Part shown: piece after piece, positions 27,753-39,941 of the stretch | Numbering within the stretch: the stretch's first letter is position 1 | How the letters are laid out: each line of letters begins with the position of its first letter | From: Azohydromonas lata NBRC 102462 | Lineage (GTDB): Bacteria > Pseudomonadota > Gammaproteobacteria > Burkholderiales > Burkholderiaceae_C | Length of the DNA stretch: 49,716 nt | Direction: 5' to 3' | Assembly (NCBI GenBank): GCA_945878385.1 | Contig: CAMCTE010000001.1 | Location: 1 to 49,716 of the forward strand | Notes under the pieces: generated by a model | Databases searched by the model: none | Told to the model about the DNA's origin: nothing | Seen by the model: the letters and a program-made list of their open reading frames with translations, nothing else | Made by a program: the position numbers and the translations under genes

Positions 27753-27834
27753 CTTGAAAAAACAGGTGAAAATATGGTTTTCCACAGAAAGTGGAAGCCT
27801 CTATTCAGTTCTACCAATCTGAAAGATTGAAAAC
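27753..27834. promoter_or_regulatory. AT-rich tract with reiterated TGAAA motifs directly upstream of dnaN (candidate DUE and/or dnaN promoter)
   Basis: By eye this is the most AT-rich stretch in the window. It contains TTTTCCACA (8/9 DnaA box) at 27778..27786. Confidence 0.4.
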
Positions 27835-28959
27835 ATGATTGTCGTGAAGGCGGCACAAGAGCAGATCCTCAACGCCCTGCAGGCCGTGGCCGGCATCGTC
27901 GAGCGGCGCCACACCTTGCCCATACTGGCCAATGTGCTCATCCGCAAGACGGGTTCGGAAATCGAGTTCACGACATCGGACCTGGAAATCCAGGTGCGCA
28001 CGCGGGCTTCACTGGGTGGGGATGAAGGCACCTTCGCCACCACCGTGGGCACCCGCAAGCTCATCGACATCCTGCGCAGCCTGCCGGGCGACCAGGTGGT
28101 GAGCCTGAGCACGGCGCAAAGCCGCCTGACCCTGCAGGGTGGCAAGAGCCGCTTCACCTTGCAGACTCTGCCGGCCGACGACTTTCCGCTGGTCAATGAA
28201 TCGGTGGATTTCGGCCCGGCCTTCTCGGTGCCACAAGCCACGCTCAAGGGCCTGATCGGGCAGGTGCACTTCGCCATGGCGGTGCACGACATCCGCTACT
28301 ACCTCAACGGCATCCTGTTCGTGGCCGAAGGCAAGACGCTCACGCTGGTGGCCACCGACGGCCACCGCCTGGCCCTGGCGCAGGCGCAGCTTGAGCACGA
28401 GATGCCCAAGCAGGAAGTCATCCTGCCGCGCAAGACGGTGCTGGAACTCATGCGCCTGTTGCGCGACACCAAGGCCGAAGGCGAAGAGCAGGCCCCGATT
28501 GAGATGCGTTTTGCGCCCAACCAGGCCAAGTTCAGCTTCTCAGGGCTCGAATTCGTCACGAAGCTGGTGGAAGGCAAGTTCCCCGACTACAACCGCGTGA
28601 TTCCCAAGAACCACAAGAACAAGATCACCCTGGGCCGCACCACGCTGCTGGCTTCACTGCAGCGCGCGGCCATTCTCACCAGCGACAAGTTCAAGGGTGT
28701 GCGGCTCAATGTGGAAGCCGGTCTGATGAAGATTGCCTCCAGCAATGCCGAGCAGGAAGAGGCCAGCGAAGAAATCGAAATCGACTACGCGGGCGACGCC
28801 ATCGACATCGGCTTCAATGTGAACTACCTGATGGATGCGCTGGCCAACATGACGCAGGACATGGTGACCGTGGAGTTGCAGGACTCGAATTCCAGCGCGC
28901 TGCTGACCATTCCGCAGCAAGGTGGCTTCAAGTATGTGGTGATGCCCATGCGCATCTGA
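27835..28959 (+). CDS. dnaN: DNA polymerase III beta sliding clamp
   Basis: 374 aa in the conserved position after dnaA, with the typical N-terminus (LNALQAVAGIVERRHTLPILANVLI) and a C-terminal MPMRI. Confidence 0.95.
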   Translation: MIVVKAAQEQILNALQAVAGIVERRHTLPILANVLIRKTGSEIEFTTSDLEIQVRTRASLGGDEGTFATTVGTRKLIDILRSLPGDQVVSLSTAQSRLTLQGGKSRFTLQTLPADDFPLVNESVDFGPAFSVPQATLKGLIGQVHFAMAVHDIRYYLNGILFVAEGKTLTLVATDGHRLALAQAQLEHEMPKQEVILPRKTVLELMRLLRDTKAEGEEQAPIEMRFAPNQAKFSFSGLEFVTKLVEGKFPDYNRVIPKNHKNKITLGRTTLLASLQRAAILTSDKFKGVRLNVEAGLMKIASSNAEQEEASEEIEIDYAGDAIDIGFNVNYLMDALANMTQDMVTVELQDSNSSALLTIPQQGGFKYVVMPMRI

Positions 28960-28977
28960 CAAGGCGCCTGTGGTGCC

Positions 28978-31552
<2,575 letters not shown>

Positions 31553-31584
31553 CAGGCGCGCAAGCGCCTGAAGGCATGGCCTTC
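31553..31584. terminator. Two short hairpins between the convergent gyrB and dioxygenase genes
   Basis: CAGGCGC-GCAA-GCGCCTG and GAAGGC-ATG-GCCTTC. There is no T-tract. Confidence 0.3.
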
Positions 31585-31603
31585 AGCTGCGGTGCTCAGC
31601 TGC

Positions 31604-32557
31604 TCAAACCCCCGTCAGCACGAAGTCGTGCTGCAGCGCGCACCAGTGGCCCTCCATCGGGCGGCCATCGGGTGCGGTGCCGCCATCGTGCCGGCGGAAA
31701 TCGACCACCAGGGTAGGCCTGACGCCATACACGGCGTCTTCTGTCAGCACCGTGCTGAGGCGGTCGAAAAGATGGGTGACCAGGGGCTGCTGACCTGGCG
31801 CCACGATGCGGAAGTGCAGGTGCGCCGGGCGCATGCTGCGGCCGGTGGTGGCGCGCAACAACTCGATGGCCGTGCCATCTTGGGGCACGGGATAGTCCAC
31901 GGGCATCACCGACCAAAAGCGCCAATGGCCATCGGCGCCGGTGGTGAATTGGCCGCGTGCCCAGGCGCCGTTTTCCTCGAAGCCGTCTTGCACATCGTAG
32001 AGGCCGCGCTCGTCGGAATGCCACACATCAATCACCGCATTCGCCACGGGATGGCCCTGCAGGTCCAGTACCCGGCCTTGCGCGTGCAGCGGCGTGCCCA
32101 CGGCTGCGGCGCTGATGTCGGCACCCATGGCGAATTGAGGCGCGCCTTCCACCAAAAACGGCCCCATGACCGTGGCCTCGGTGGCCCCGGGGGGGCTTGC
32201 AGCGTTCTGCATCACGGTGAGCATGGACAGGCCCAGCACATCGGAGAAGATGATGAACTCGTTGCGGCCCGGTGCACACCAGCGCCCCGTTTCTTCCAGC
32301 GTCTTCATCGCCAGCAGCCACTCCTCGGGGCGCAGCTTCACCTCCTTGGCAAACGCATGCAGATGCTCAATGAGGGACCGCATCACGTCGCGCAGGCGCG
32401 GGTCGGGCGTGAGTTCGAAGCGGCGCAGCACCTCTTGCGTCAGCCGGTCGGTGGCGCTGCCTGGGGAGCCGTCGCGGGTGGTGTTCGGGGTGTGGGTGGA
32501 CGCGCGGTGGGTGGGCAGGTGGTCTGTCGTCACGGTGCAGGCTCCGGTTCGTCGCAT
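31604..32557 (-). CDS. Intradiol ring-cleavage dioxygenase (hydroxyquinol/catechol 1,2-dioxygenase-like)
   Basis: Motifs GPFLVEGAP, VIDVWHSDERGLYD and RPAHLHFRI. The ATG at 32557 is preferred. The longer ORF reaching 32947 runs antisense through the SMR gene. Confidence 0.8.
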   Translation of the reverse strand: MRRTGACTVTTDHLPTHRASTHTPNTTRDGSPGSATDRLTQEVLRRFELTPDPRLRDVMRSLIEHLHAFAKEVKLRPEEWLLAMKTLEETGRWCAPGRNEFIIFSDVLGLSMLTVMQNAASPPGATEATVMGPFLVEGAPQFAMGADISAAAVGTPLHAQGRVLDLQGHPVANAVIDVWHSDERGLYDVQDGFEENGAWARGQFTTGADGHWRFWSVMPVDYPVPQDGTAIELLRATTGRSMRPAHLHFRIVAPGQQPLVTHLFDRLSTVLTEDAVYGVRPTLVVDFRRHDGGTAPDGRPMEGHWCALQHDFVLTGV

Positions 32558-32620
32558 GAGTGTGCATGAAAGCCTTCGCGCTGTGCAAAGATTCGGCCCC
32601 ATGACGCAAGGGTGCCTCCT

Positions 32621-32977
32621 ATGAATTGGATCCCCACAGCCGCGCAGGCCTGGGGTCTGCTGGCCCTGGCCATCGCCTTTGAAGTGGTGGGCACCACCTG
32701 CATGAAGTTGGCCGATGGCTTTTCGAACTGGACACCGGCCATGGTGATGTTCGGCTGCTACGCCGCAGCCTTTGCCTGCAACACCCTGGTGGTGCGCACG
32801 CTGGACCTCAGCGTGACCTATGCCGTGTGGTCGGGTGTGGGCACGGTGCTGACGGCTGCCGTGGGCATTCTGTGGTTCAGGGAGCCTGCCACCGCCATGA
32901 AGCTGGTGTGCATCGGGCTGATTGTCATTGGCGTGATTGGACTGCACGGCGCTTCGCGCGCTTCGGTGGCCGCCTGA
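32621..32977 (+). CDS. SMR-family small multidrug resistance transporter (EmrE/QacE-like)
   Basis: 118 aa with 4 TM segments and the conserved membrane Glu in AIAFEVVGTTCMKL. Confidence 0.85.
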   Translation: MNWIPTAAQAWGLLALAIAFEVVGTTCMKLADGFSNWTPAMVMFGCYAAAFACNTLVVRTLDLSVTYAVWSGVGTVLTAAVGILWFREPATAMKLVCIGLIVIGVIGLHGASRASVAA

Positions 32978-33194
32978 GCTCCAGGGGGTGCGCCGGCCGC
33001 AGGCCGGAAAGCCTTTCAGGGCCAGGGTGGGCGCAGGGTTTATCCTTCAAGGTTTGTGCAGTCTGTCGGCCCCCGAAGCGTTTCATCGAAAGGCGCTGGA
33101 CGGCCCTGGAAAATTGATGGCCAATGTGCACGGGCTCAAAAGGCCCGGGCAGAACCTCGCCCAACCAGCGGAGAACGATTTGAATCGAGGATGG

Positions 33195-34304
33195 ATGAAG
33201 GCCGCCTGCGGCCTGGGTGTATTGATGGCAACCGCCAGCCTGGTGGCCTGCGGTGGGGCCTCGGCACCATCGGGCGCCGGCGCGCAGAAGGCCGAGCCAC
33301 CCGTGCTCAGCTTGGGCCGTGAAGATGTGTGGGTGGCGGGCCGCAACGGTTCGGCCGCCACGGGCCCGGTGCTCACCGGCGCCATCCAGGCCGAGCGCCG
33401 CGCTGATTTGCGCGCCGAGGTGGGCTCGGTGGTGCTGCGCGTGCAGCGCGACAACGGCGAGCGGGTACAGCGCGGCGAACTGCTGGTCAAGCTTGACGAT
33501 GCCGCCATCCGCGACACGCTGCTGTCGGCCGAAGAGGCGCTGCGCACCGCCGAGCGTTCCCTGGAGGGTGCCGAGCGCACCTTCCAGCGCCTCAAGAGTT
33601 TGCAAGCCCAGGGCATGAGTTCGGTGCAGGCGATGGAAGATTCCGAGGTGCGGCGCAACCTGGCGCAAAGTGAACAGGTGGCGGCCAAGGCCCGCGTGGC
33701 CACAGCCCGGCAGCAGCTCGAGCGCACCGAGGTGCGTGCGCCCTTCGAGGGCGTGGTGGCCTCGCGCAAAGTCTCGGCTGGCGACACGGCCACCATGGGC
33801 AAGGAACTGGTGCAGGTGATCGACCCGGCCAGCCTGCGCATGGAGGCCCTGGTGCCCGCCGAGCGTGTGGGTGAACTGCGTGTGGGGCAGGCGGTCAAGG
33901 TGCGAGTGCAGGGTGTGGACCCCGCCGAGCGCGAGGGGCGCATCCGCCGCATCGACTCCGTGGCGCAGCCGGTGTCGCGCCAAGTGGCGGTGGTGGTGGA
34001 CCTGGTGGGTACCGCCGGCCGCGGTGGCTTGATTGCCGGCCTGTATGCCGAAGGTTCGGTGGATGTGCAGGCGCCTCAGGTGCTGGCCTTGCCGGAAACG
34101 GCCCTGGTGCGCACGGGGGACCAAGTGGCGGTGTGGCAATTGCAGGGCGGCACGCTCAAGCGCCAGCCGGTGAAACTGGAGCCGCGCGATGTGCGCACCG
34201 GCCTGTTCGTGGTGACCCAGGGCCTGAAGGCCGGTGATCAGGTGCTGCGCAGCCCCGGCAGCCGCCCGGTTGAAGGCCAGCGCTACACCGTGCGCGAGGG
34301 CTGA
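33195..34304 (+). CDS. Efflux RND periplasmic adaptor (MFP), lipoprotein
   Basis: The ATG at 33195 has GAGGA upstream. A lipobox LVAC is present, followed by coiled-coil and barrel-sandwich regions typical of HlyD/AcrA-like adaptors. Confidence 0.85.
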   Translation: MKAACGLGVLMATASLVACGGASAPSGAGAQKAEPPVLSLGREDVWVAGRNGSAATGPVLTGAIQAERRADLRAEVGSVVLRVQRDNGERVQRGELLVKLDDAAIRDTLLSAEEALRTAERSLEGAERTFQRLKSLQAQGMSSVQAMEDSEVRRNLAQSEQVAAKARVATARQQLERTEVRAPFEGVVASRKVSAGDTATMGKELVQVIDPASLRMEALVPAERVGELRVGQAVKVRVQGVDPAEREGRIRRIDSVAQPVSRQVAVVVDLVGTAGRGGLIAGLYAEGSVDVQAPQVLALPETALVRTGDQVAVWQLQGGTLKRQPVKLEPRDVRTGLFVVTQGLKAGDQVLRSPGSRPVEGQRYTVREG

Positions 34305-34307
34305 GCG

Positions 34308-37300
34308 ATGTTTCTGTCGAACTTCAGTGTCCGCCGCCCGGTGGCCACGGTGGTCATCATCCTGGGGCTGATGGCCTTGGGCCTGCTGGCATTGAGCAAG
34401 TTGAAGGTCAACGAGCGCCCTGATGTGGCGCTGCCGCTGCTGGTGGTCAACATTCCCTACCCCGGGGCCTCACCCGAGACGGTGGAGCGCGAATTGCTCA
34501 ACCGGGTGGAGAAGTCTTTCCAGTCCGTGACCGGTGTGCGCGAGGTGCGCTCCAGTGCCAACGAGGGCGGTGCCTCGGTTCAGATCTTCTTCGAGTTCGG
34601 CAAGGACCTGGTGGAAGGTGCCGACGAGGTGCGCAACGCCTTGGGTTCTGTTCGCTACAAACTGCCCACGGAAATCCGCGAACCGGTGATCGTGCGCATC
34701 GACCCCACGGCGCAGCCCATCATGCAGGTGGCGGTGTCTTCCAGCACCCAAAGCCATGCGGTGATTTCCCGCTTGGTGGAAGACCAGCTGGCCGACCGCT
34801 TCCGCGCCATCTCGGGCGTGGCCCAGGTGAATGTGTACGGCGCGCTGCGCCGCGAGCTCAGTGTGCTGCTGCAGGCGCAGAAGATGCGCGAGCTGAATGT
34901 GACCGTCAACGAGGTGGTCAACGCGCTGCGCCAACAAAACACCGCCGCCCCGGTGGGCAAGGTGCGCGGGACGCTGGAAGACCAGAGCATTCGGCTTCTG
35001 GGCCGGTTGGAAAAGCCCGAGGAATTTGCGCAGATCGTGGTGCGGCGCAATGGGGGCGAGCTCATTCGTTTGGGGCAACTGGCAGTGATCGAGGACGGCT
35101 TTGCCGAAGTGACCTCGGTCAGCCAACGCAACGGCCAGCCCAATGTAGGCATGTCCATCGTGCGCTCGCGCGATTCGTCCACTGTTTCGGTGGCGCACGA
35201 AGTGCGTGACCTGGTGAAGGCGATACAGGCCGAACTGCCCGAGGGCAGCGCGATTGCCGTGACGGAAGATGGCGGCAAGAACGCGCAGCGCAGCCTGAAC
35301 AATGTGATCGAGGCCTTGGTCTTGGGGGCCGTGCTGACCATCTTCGTCGTCTATGTGTTCCTGAACTCTTGGCGCTCGACGCTGATCACGGCGTTGTCCT
35401 TGCCGACCTCGGTGCTGACCGCTTTCATCGCGGTGTGGCTGTGTGGGTTCACGCTGAACTTCATGTCTTTGCTGGGCTTGTCGCTGGCCATCGGGGTGCT
35501 GATCGACGACGCCATCGTGGTGCGGGAAAACATCGTGCGCCACATGGAGCGCGGCTCCGACCGCGTGACGGCCGCCCTTCAAGGTACGGCCGAGATTGGA
35601 TTGGCGGTGGCGGCCACCACCTTTTCGATCGTGGCGGTGTTCATACCGGTGGCCTTCATGCCGGGCATCTCGGGTGAATGGTTCAGGCCCTTCGGCTTGA
35701 CGGTGGTGGCCTCGGTGCTGGTGAGCCTGGTGATCTCCTTCACCCTCGACCCGATGCTGTCGGCCTACTGGGGCGACCCGCCGGGCCACCAGCAGGCTCC
35801 CAAGACCGGCATCACCCGCGTGCTGGACCGCTTCAACACCTGGTTCGACCACCAAGCCGACCGCTATGGGCGCGTGATCGAATGGGCGCTGCACCACCGC
35901 CGTTGGATGACGGCCTTTGCCGTGGCCAGCTTCATCGGTGCCATTGCCCTGCAGGGCAAGTACGGTGGCACCAGCTTTCTGCCGGTGTCCGATTACGGCA
36001 TCCTGGCCATTGATGTGCGCACGCCGCCGTCTTCCAGCCTGGAGTACGCGCGGCGCAAAGTGGAGGCGGCTGCCGCCTTGGCGCGCGAGTTGCCGGAAAC
36101 CAAGGCCACCAATGCACAGGTCAATGTCAACGGCGGTCGCATCTATGTGGACATCGGCGACCGCAAGACGCGCCAGCGCCTGACGGTGGATGTGGCCAAG
36201 GATCTGCGCCGCAAGATTGAGGTGCTGGTGGGCGCGGAATATTCGGTGCTGGACGACCTGGCCGGCGGCGCACAGAAGCCGGTGCAGGTGCGCTTCACCG
36301 GGCCTGATTCCCGCAAGCTGCTGCAGTTGACCGAGGAGTACATGGACCGGCTGCGCGAGGTGCCGGGCGCGGTGGACGTGGCGCTGTCGCTGCAGTCGCC
36401 GCAGAACGAGTTGCAGATCGAGTTGGACCGCGGCCTGGCCGCGGCGCTGGGCATTTCCACGGGTGACGTGACCAACACCTTGCGCGTGGCCTTCGCCGGC
36501 GTGGAGGCGGGCGATTGGGTAGACCCCACCGGCGAGTCGCGCGATGTGGCCGTGCGCCTGGCCCCGGCCGACCGCCTGGATGTCACCCACATCGAGCGTT
36601 TGCCGGTGCCCATCGGCAACACGGGGCAAACCGTGCCGCTGGCCCAGATTGCCAATGTGACGATGGGCAAGGCGCCTTCGCGCATCGAGCACATCGACGG
36701 CAAGCGCAGCGTGGGTGTGGCGGCCAATGTGCAGGGGCGCTCACCGGGTGAAGTGACGGCCGATGCGGTGAAGCTGGCCAAGTCCATGGCCTTTCCGCCC
36801 GGCTACGACATCGACCTGGCTGGGGCCTCCAAGGACCAGCAGGAGGTGTTCAAACAGATGGGCATTGCGCTGATCTCCGGCGTGGCGCTGATGTACCTGA
36901 TCCTGGTGATCCAGTTCGGGTCGTTCACGGCGCCGCTGGCGGTGATGGTGTCGCTGCCGCTGTCGCTGATCGGGGTGGTGCTGGCGCTGTTGATGACCGG
37001 GGCCACGCTGAACCTGATGAGCCTGATCGGCGTGATCATGCTGATGGGTTTGGTGGCCAAGAACGCGATTCTGCTGTTGGATGCGGCGCGCGTGCTGGAG
37101 GCCGAGGGCGTGGAGCGCGAAGAAGCGCTGATGACGGCCGGGCGCAAGCGTCTGCGGCCCATTCTGATGACCACCTTCGCCCTGATTGCCGGCATGCTGC
37201 CGGTGGCCATCGGCATGGGTCAGGGCGGCGAGTTCTACCGCCCCTTGGCCGTGGCCATCATCGGCGGCACCATCACCTCCACCTTTCTCACGCTGCTGGT

Positions 37301-37502
37301 GATTCCCAGTTTCTATGACTCCATCGAATTGATGCGCGATCATTTGTTCGAGAAGTTCAATCGGCGCAGCCAGGCGCGCAGCGTGGGCTGGGCGGTGCTG
37401 GTGACGGGCTTGGAGATCGTGGCCACGCTGGTGATGGCGCGCATGGTCTGGCGCTCGGGCGCGGGCCTGTGGCGCCGCGTGTCCGGGCGCGGAGCGGCCT
37501 GA
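34308..37502 (+). CDS. RND efflux permease (AcrB/HAE1-like)
   Basis: 1064 aa with a 12-TM architecture and two large periplasmic loops. The N-terminus [20 protein letters not shown] is typical. Confidence 0.92.
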   Translation: MFLSNFSVRRPVATVVIILGLMALGLLALSKLKVNERPDVALPLLVVNIPYPGASPETVERELLNRVEKSFQSVTGVREVRSSANEGGASVQIFFEFGKDLVEGADEVRNALGSVRYKLPTEIREPVIVRIDPTAQPIMQVAVSSSTQSHAVISRLVEDQLADRFRAISGVAQVNVYGALRRELSVLLQAQKMRELNVTVNEVVNALRQQNTAAPVGKVRGTLEDQSIRLLGRLEKPEEFAQIVVRRNGGELIRLGQLAVIEDGFAEVTSVSQRNGQPNVGMSIVRSRDSSTVSVAHEVRDLVKAIQAELPEGSAIAVTEDGGKNAQRSLNNVIEALVLGAVLTIFVVYVFLNSWRSTLITALSLPTSVLTAFIAVWLCGFTLNFMSLLGLSLAIGVLIDDAIVVRENIVRHMERGSDRVTAALQGTAEIGLAVAATTFSIVAVFIPVAFMPGISGEWFRPFGLTVVASVLVSLVISFTLDPMLSAYWGDPPGHQQAPKTGITRVLDRFNTWFDHQADRYGRVIEWALHHRRWMTAFAVASFIGAIALQGKYGGTSFLPVSDYGILAIDVRTPPSSSLEYARRKVEAAAALARELPETKATNAQVNVNGGRIYVDIGDRKTRQRLTVDVAKDLRRKIEVLVGAEYSVLDDLAGGAQKPVQVRFTGPDSRKLLQLTEEYMDRLREVPGAVDVALSLQSPQNELQIELDRGLAAALGISTGDVTNTLRVAFAGVEAGDWVDPTGESRDVAVRLAPADRLDVTHIERLPVPIGNTGQTVPLAQIANVTMGKAPSRIEHIDGKRSVGVAANVQGRSPGEVTADAVKLAKSMAFPPGYDIDLAGASKDQQEVFKQMGIALISGVALMYLILVIQFGSFTAPLAVMVSLPLSLIGVVLALLMTGATLNLMSLIGVIMLMGLVAKNAILLLDAARVLEAEGVEREEALMTAGRKRLRPILMTTFALIAGMLPVAIGMGQGGEFYRPLAVAIIGGTITSTFLTLLVIPSFYDSIELMRDHLFEKFNRRSQARSVGWAVLVTGLEIVATLVMARMVWRSGAGLWRRVSGRGAA

Positions 37503-38335
37503 TGTCCATGGGGCCCCACTTGAGCGTGCGAAGTGCGCTCTTCGTGCCGGCCACGCGGGCTGACCGCATCCCCAAGGCCTTGGCCAGTGGGGCTGACGCG
37601 GTCATCGTCGACTTGGAAGATGCGGTGGCGCCGCAGGACAAGGACCTGGCGCGGGCGGCTTTGGATGCCGCCTTGGCCGCAGGTGTGGGCCTGCCGGGGG
37701 TGTCCGTGCCGCTGTGGGTGCGTGTGAATGCGGCATCGCCCTGGGTGGAAGAGGACATGGCGGTGTGCGCGCGCCACGCGGCGGTGCAGGCGGTGATGGT
37801 GCCCAAGGCCGAGTCGACCGCGCAGATGCAGGACGCCTGGGAGCGTGGTGGCGGCAAGCCGCTGGTGGCCCTGATTGAAACGGCCGCGGGTTTTGCGCAG
37901 CGCGACGAGGTGGCCCTCCACCGCGCCGTGCAGCGACTGGCCTTCGGGTCAATCGACTTTCAGCTGGACTTGGGCATTGCGGGCGAGGGCGAGGCGCTCT
38001 TGATGTTTCGCAGCGCCCTGGTGCTGAGTGCGCGGCTGGCGAGTCTGCCGCCGCCCCTGGATGGCGTGACGGTGGAAGTGGCCGACTTGCGGCCGGTGGC
38101 CGCTGATGCGGCCCGCGCCCGCGCCTTGGGCTTTGGCGGCAAGTTGTGCATCCACCCGCAGCAGGTGGGCCCGGTGAATGTGGCCTTCAGCCCCAGCGCC
38201 GCCGAGATGGATTGGGCGCAGCGGGTGGTGGCCGCCTGTGAGGCCGCCGCCGGTGCCGCCGTGGCGGTGGACGGCAAGATGGTGGACAAGCCGGTGCTGT
38301 TGCGCGCCCAGGCCCTGCTGGCGCAGCGGCGTTAG
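37502..38335 (+). CDS. HpcH/HpaI aldolase / citrate lyase beta (CitE)-like CoA-ester lyase
   Basis: RSALFVPATRADRIPKALASGADAVIVDLEDAV is the typical CitE N-terminus. The ATG shares one nt with the RND stop (TGATG). Confidence 0.8.
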   Translation: MSMGPHLSVRSALFVPATRADRIPKALASGADAVIVDLEDAVAPQDKDLARAALDAALAAGVGLPGVSVPLWVRVNAASPWVEEDMAVCARHAAVQAVMVPKAESTAQMQDAWERGGGKPLVALIETAAGFAQRDEVALHRAVQRLAFGSIDFQLDLGIAGEGEALLMFRSALVLSARLASLPPPLDGVTVEVADLRPVAADAARARALGFGGKLCIHPQQVGPVNVAFSPSAAEMDWAQRVVAACEAAAGAAVAVDGKMVDKPVLLRAQALLAQRR

Positions 38336-38348
38336 GGGCCGTTACGAC

Positions 38349-39782
38349 TCAGCCGTGGTACTGGATGACCGTCTTGGTGGTGGTCATCTCTTCCAGTGCC
38401 AGGAAGCCCTTCTCGCGCCCATGCCCGCTGCGCTTGGTGCCGCCGAAGGGCAGCTCCACCCCGCCGCCGGCGCCGTAGCAGTTGATGAAGAGCTGTCCGG
38501 CCTTCACCGCCTTGGCCACGCGTGTCTGGCGGCTTCCGTTTTCCGTCCACACCGCGGCCAGCAGGCCATAGGGTGTGCCGTTGGCCAGGGCAATGGCATC
38601 CGCTTCGTCCTGGAAGGGGAAGGCTGCCAGCACGGGGCCGAACACTTCTTCACAGGCCAGTTGCGCATCGCGCGGCACCGGGCCGAAGAAGGTGGGGGTG
38701 ACCCAGTGCCCGGTGGGTGAGACGCCCGCGGCGATCTGCCCCTCGGCCAGTACCGGGATGCCCGCGGCCTTGGCTGCTGCGATGTAGCGGTTCACCCGGG
38801 CTTGTTGAGCCGGGTTCATCACCGGGCCGCAATCCAGGTCCATCTCGGGCGTGCCCACGCGCACTTTGGCGTAGGCCGCGGCCACCTGCTCCACCACGCG
38901 GTCGTAGATGCTTTGCTGAATCAGCAAGCGACTGCCGGCGGTGCAGGTTTGGCCGGCGTTCTGCACAATGGCGCGCACGATGATGGGCACGGCGCGTTCG
39001 ATGTCGGCGTCTTCGAACACGATCTGCGGCGACTTACCGCCGAGTTCCAGCACGCACTTCACTGCGTTCTTGGCCGCGGCCTGCTGCACCAGGGTGCCCA
39101 CTTCGTTGGAACCGGTGAAGGAGACGAAGTCGATGCCCGGGTGGCCTGCCAAAGCGGCGCCCGCTTCTTCGCCTAGGCCGGTGACCACATTGATGGCGCC
39201 ATCGGGAAAGCCCACTTCAGCGGCCAGTTCGGCCACGCGCAGGGCGGACAAAGAGGTGTCTTCCGCGGGCTTGAGCACCACCGCATTGCCACCGGCCAGG
39301 GCCGGGGCGATGGTGCGGCCCAGCATCTGCGCGGGGTAGTTCCAGGGGATGATGTGGCCGGTAACCCCCAGCGGTTCTCGCATCAGCACCACATGGTGGC
39401 CATTGAGGAAGGGAATGACCTCGCCGTGCAGCTTGTCGGCCGCGCCGCCGTAGAACTCGAAGTAGCGCGCCAGCACCGTGATGTCGTTGCGCGCGGTGGT
39501 CATGGGTTTGCCGGTGTCCTTGGCCTCGAGTGCCGCCAGTTCGGCGTGGTGGTCCAGCACCTTGTTGCCCAGCTTGATCAGCAGGCGGCCGCGCTCGGTG
39601 GCGGTGAGCTGGCCCCACGCGCCCTCAAGCGCGCTGCGAGCAGCCTTCACGGCCAGGTCGACCTCATGGGCGGTGCCGCGGGGGATTTGGTCGAAGGCCT
39701 CGCCGTCAGCGGGGTTGATCACGGGCAGGGTGCGGCCGTCTTGGGCGGCCATCCAACGGCCGCCGATGAAGAGCTGTTTCAT
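38349..39782 (-). CDS. NAD(P)-dependent aldehyde dehydrogenase
   Basis: Motifs FTGSNEVG and ELGGKSP, the catalytic Cys in GQTCTAGSR, and EEVFGPV. Confidence 0.92.
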   Translation of the reverse strand: MKQLFIGGRWMAAQDGRTLPVINPADGEAFDQIPRGTAHEVDLAVKAARSALEGAWGQLTATERGRLLIKLGNKVLDHHAELAALEAKDTGKPMTTARNDITVLARYFEFYGGAADKLHGEVIPFLNGHHVVLMREPLGVTGHIIPWNYPAQMLGRTIAPALAGGNAVVLKPAEDTSLSALRVAELAAEVGFPDGAINVVTGLGEEAGAALAGHPGIDFVSFTGSNEVGTLVQQAAAKNAVKCVLELGGKSPQIVFEDADIERAVPIIVRAIVQNAGQTCTAGSRLLIQQSIYDRVVEQVAAAYAKVRVGTPEMDLDCGPVMNPAQQARVNRYIAAAKAAGIPVLAEGQIAAGVSPTGHWVTPTFFGPVPRDAQLACEEVFGPVLAAFPFQDEADAIALANGTPYGLLAAVWTENGSRQTRVAKAVKAGQLFINCYGAGGGVELPFGGTKRSGHGREKGFLALEEMTTTKTVIQYHG

Positions 39783-39830
39783 GGGTGTTCTCCTGGGCTG
39801 CTGCGAATGTAGGCCGCGGGTTCAGCCCCG

Positions 39831-39843
39831 TGAATTGAATTCA
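39831..39843. promoter_or_regulatory. T-N11-A palindrome TGAATTGAATTCA (candidate LysR-type operator)
   Basis: Perfect 6+1+6 palindrome in the divergent ALDH/LysR intergenic region, 49 nt from the ALDH ATG. Confidence 0.45.
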
Positions 39844-39941
39844 GGGCAACGGCGGCTTGCATGGGCGGCAAGGCCGTGGACCGCGCGCGCACTGCGGTTT
39901 GCCCTCACATGGGCGGCAGGCGCGGGTGCGAGAATTTTCAA

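Noticed and set aside
32558-32947. N-terminal 130-codon extension of the dioxygenase ORF (longest ORF 31604..32947)
   Set aside because: The extension runs antisense through the SMR transporter gene and is His/Gly/Arg-rich with no dioxygenase similarity. The internal ATG at 32557 gives a normal-length intradiol dioxygenase.
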